Assembly: GCF_001194135.2 (NCBI RefSeq)
Contig: NC_068981.1
Span: forward strand, 54,776,101-54,813,113
Source: Octopus bimaculoides
Lineage: Eukaryota
Length of the DNA: 37,013 bases
Direction: 5' to 3'
Numbering within the stretch: the first letter of the stretch is position 1; every line of letters starts with the position of its first letter. Under the pieces are notes generated by a model. That model saw nothing but the letters and a program-made list of their open reading frames with translations, was not told the DNA's origin and did no database searches. Below are positions 35,663 through 37,013 of the stretch, in pieces. A program made the position numbers and the translations under genes.

Positions 35663-36824
35663 GTGATAGTACTTACTAAGAAGTAATGGGTTGGAGGCTT
35701 CTCCAAAGCTAGTAGAGATTTGCTTGGAAACTATTGCAAAAAGTTGAAACTGCAGTCAAAGAAATATGTTTGGTTAGTAAAATAGTCTCTTCAAAAATTT
35801 GAAAAACCTATAATCTGATTTTCTAGATCAGGTTTGATTGTGTACTGGGGTGGGAGGCACTTTCACAAGAAGCCTTTTGCTAGGAAATTAGATAATGTTT
35901 GTTGGTTCCAGTGGAGTACTTTTTTGACGTAGTACTGTATTCCAAATGAAATACAAATTGCTTTACCAAATTTACTTGAGGATCAAGTTCTTACAAGTTT
36001 CATATTTCAATCCATTTTGAGTTGAAGGTATTGAAGCCCACTACCACACTGTTATTTTCATGTCTATTTTTCCATGATAGTATATTATTGTTTAGACTCC
36101 AAATCAATTCCTCTCAAGGCGATCTATGGTCATAGCCATTCTAACCACGATCTTTCCCCATTTTTGTCAGACACTGTGTATCTAGGACAACAAAATGCTA
36201 TCTGTTGTAATATTTTTATGATTGTATAGTGTGATTTCAGAGTTCTATCTCTAGCAGGTAGAGTAATTGCAAAAAAGAATATGTGAAATATGTTCTCAGT
36301 ATAAAATCTCACTACCTATATCAATCCAATGTTATGTCTATGAGGTTTAACTTTCTGATTTCTAATCTGATCTTTTAACTATTCTTTGTCTAACTTCTCC
36401 ATCTTTAACTTTTGGCTAATTTTTACCTATCATTAACTAGCCATAGAAGATGATTCATATTGTGTCAAAATTTTCTGTTTGTATGTATGTATATGTGTGT
36501 GTACATACATCTATGTATGTGTGTTAGTGAACATGCATATAATAAATCCTTTTAGCAATAGAACTAGAAGTAGATAAAGCTATAGATAATAGCATGTTGA
36601 ATATGGGCTAAAAATAATCCTTAGCTGGAAGAAGTTAAAGCCTTCAACTTTCTTCATTCAAGGGGTTTTTTTTAACCCAATATTCTACATGCTATTATTT
36701 ATATTATTTATAGCTTCATCTACTTATGAGTTCCATTGTTAAAAACAATTTGTTTCTTATCTCTTATCAGAAATAGAAAATAAATTGCATTCAACGATGG
36801 AACTATAAATTCTCATGATATAAA

Positions 36825-37013
36825 CTGCATATATATAGATATATGCATATATATATATATCTATATATAAACATTATCAACCACATATGCATAATGTACA
36901 TGGATCACGCATTTGCCAGTAGGCTGCAATTTGGTGGTTACTTTTTCAAAGAGCCAGGTGTCAAAACACCTGAAAGTCATGGACTATATATCTATATATA
37001 TATATATATATAT
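36825..37013. repeat. (TA)n-rich microsatellites (~36825-36870 and ~36985-37013)
   Basis: Direct. Confidence 0.85.

Noticed and set aside
7981-37013. Next receptor exon (expected AG|CN GTN CAR, S-V-Q) or LBD exons
   Set aside because: AG|CTGT and AG|CAGT candidates checked by eye (e.g. ~12045, 15463, 16947, 25103, 30190) hit stops or give non-receptor peptides. Not excluded without tblastn; an exon could also lie in the 27997-28324 gap.

Overview
AT-rich eukaryotic (animal) genomic DNA with two scaffold gaps; no prokaryotic features. The only host coding sequence I can support is one 180-nt exon (7795-7974, + strand) encoding most of the DNA-binding domain of an NR2C/D-type orphan nuclear receptor (TR2/TR4/Hr78-like). 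The rest appears to be intron (at least 7.8 kb upstream and 29 kb downstream) filled with decayed retroelements: several RTE-clade LINE families, a CR1-like LINE, two tRNA-type SINE families, a TTAA-flanked MITE, minisatellites and microsatellites. From memory the repeat families look like those of Octopus; this is an unverified inference. I did not find a new multi-gene system. The best leads concern retrotransposition mechanism. (1) A TSD-flanked RTE insertion carries a 5' inversion that looks like twin priming. (2) A TSD-flanked fold-back insertion has retroelement tails pointing outward on both ends at a palindromic target. (3) One RTE lineage has a PHD-like finger inside its RT domain and 3' UTRs of very different length and content between a conserved ORF end and a conserved palindromic CCATGCTAGCATGG/(GAT)n tail. 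All alignments were done by eye; boundaries of old decayed copies are approximate (tens of bp).
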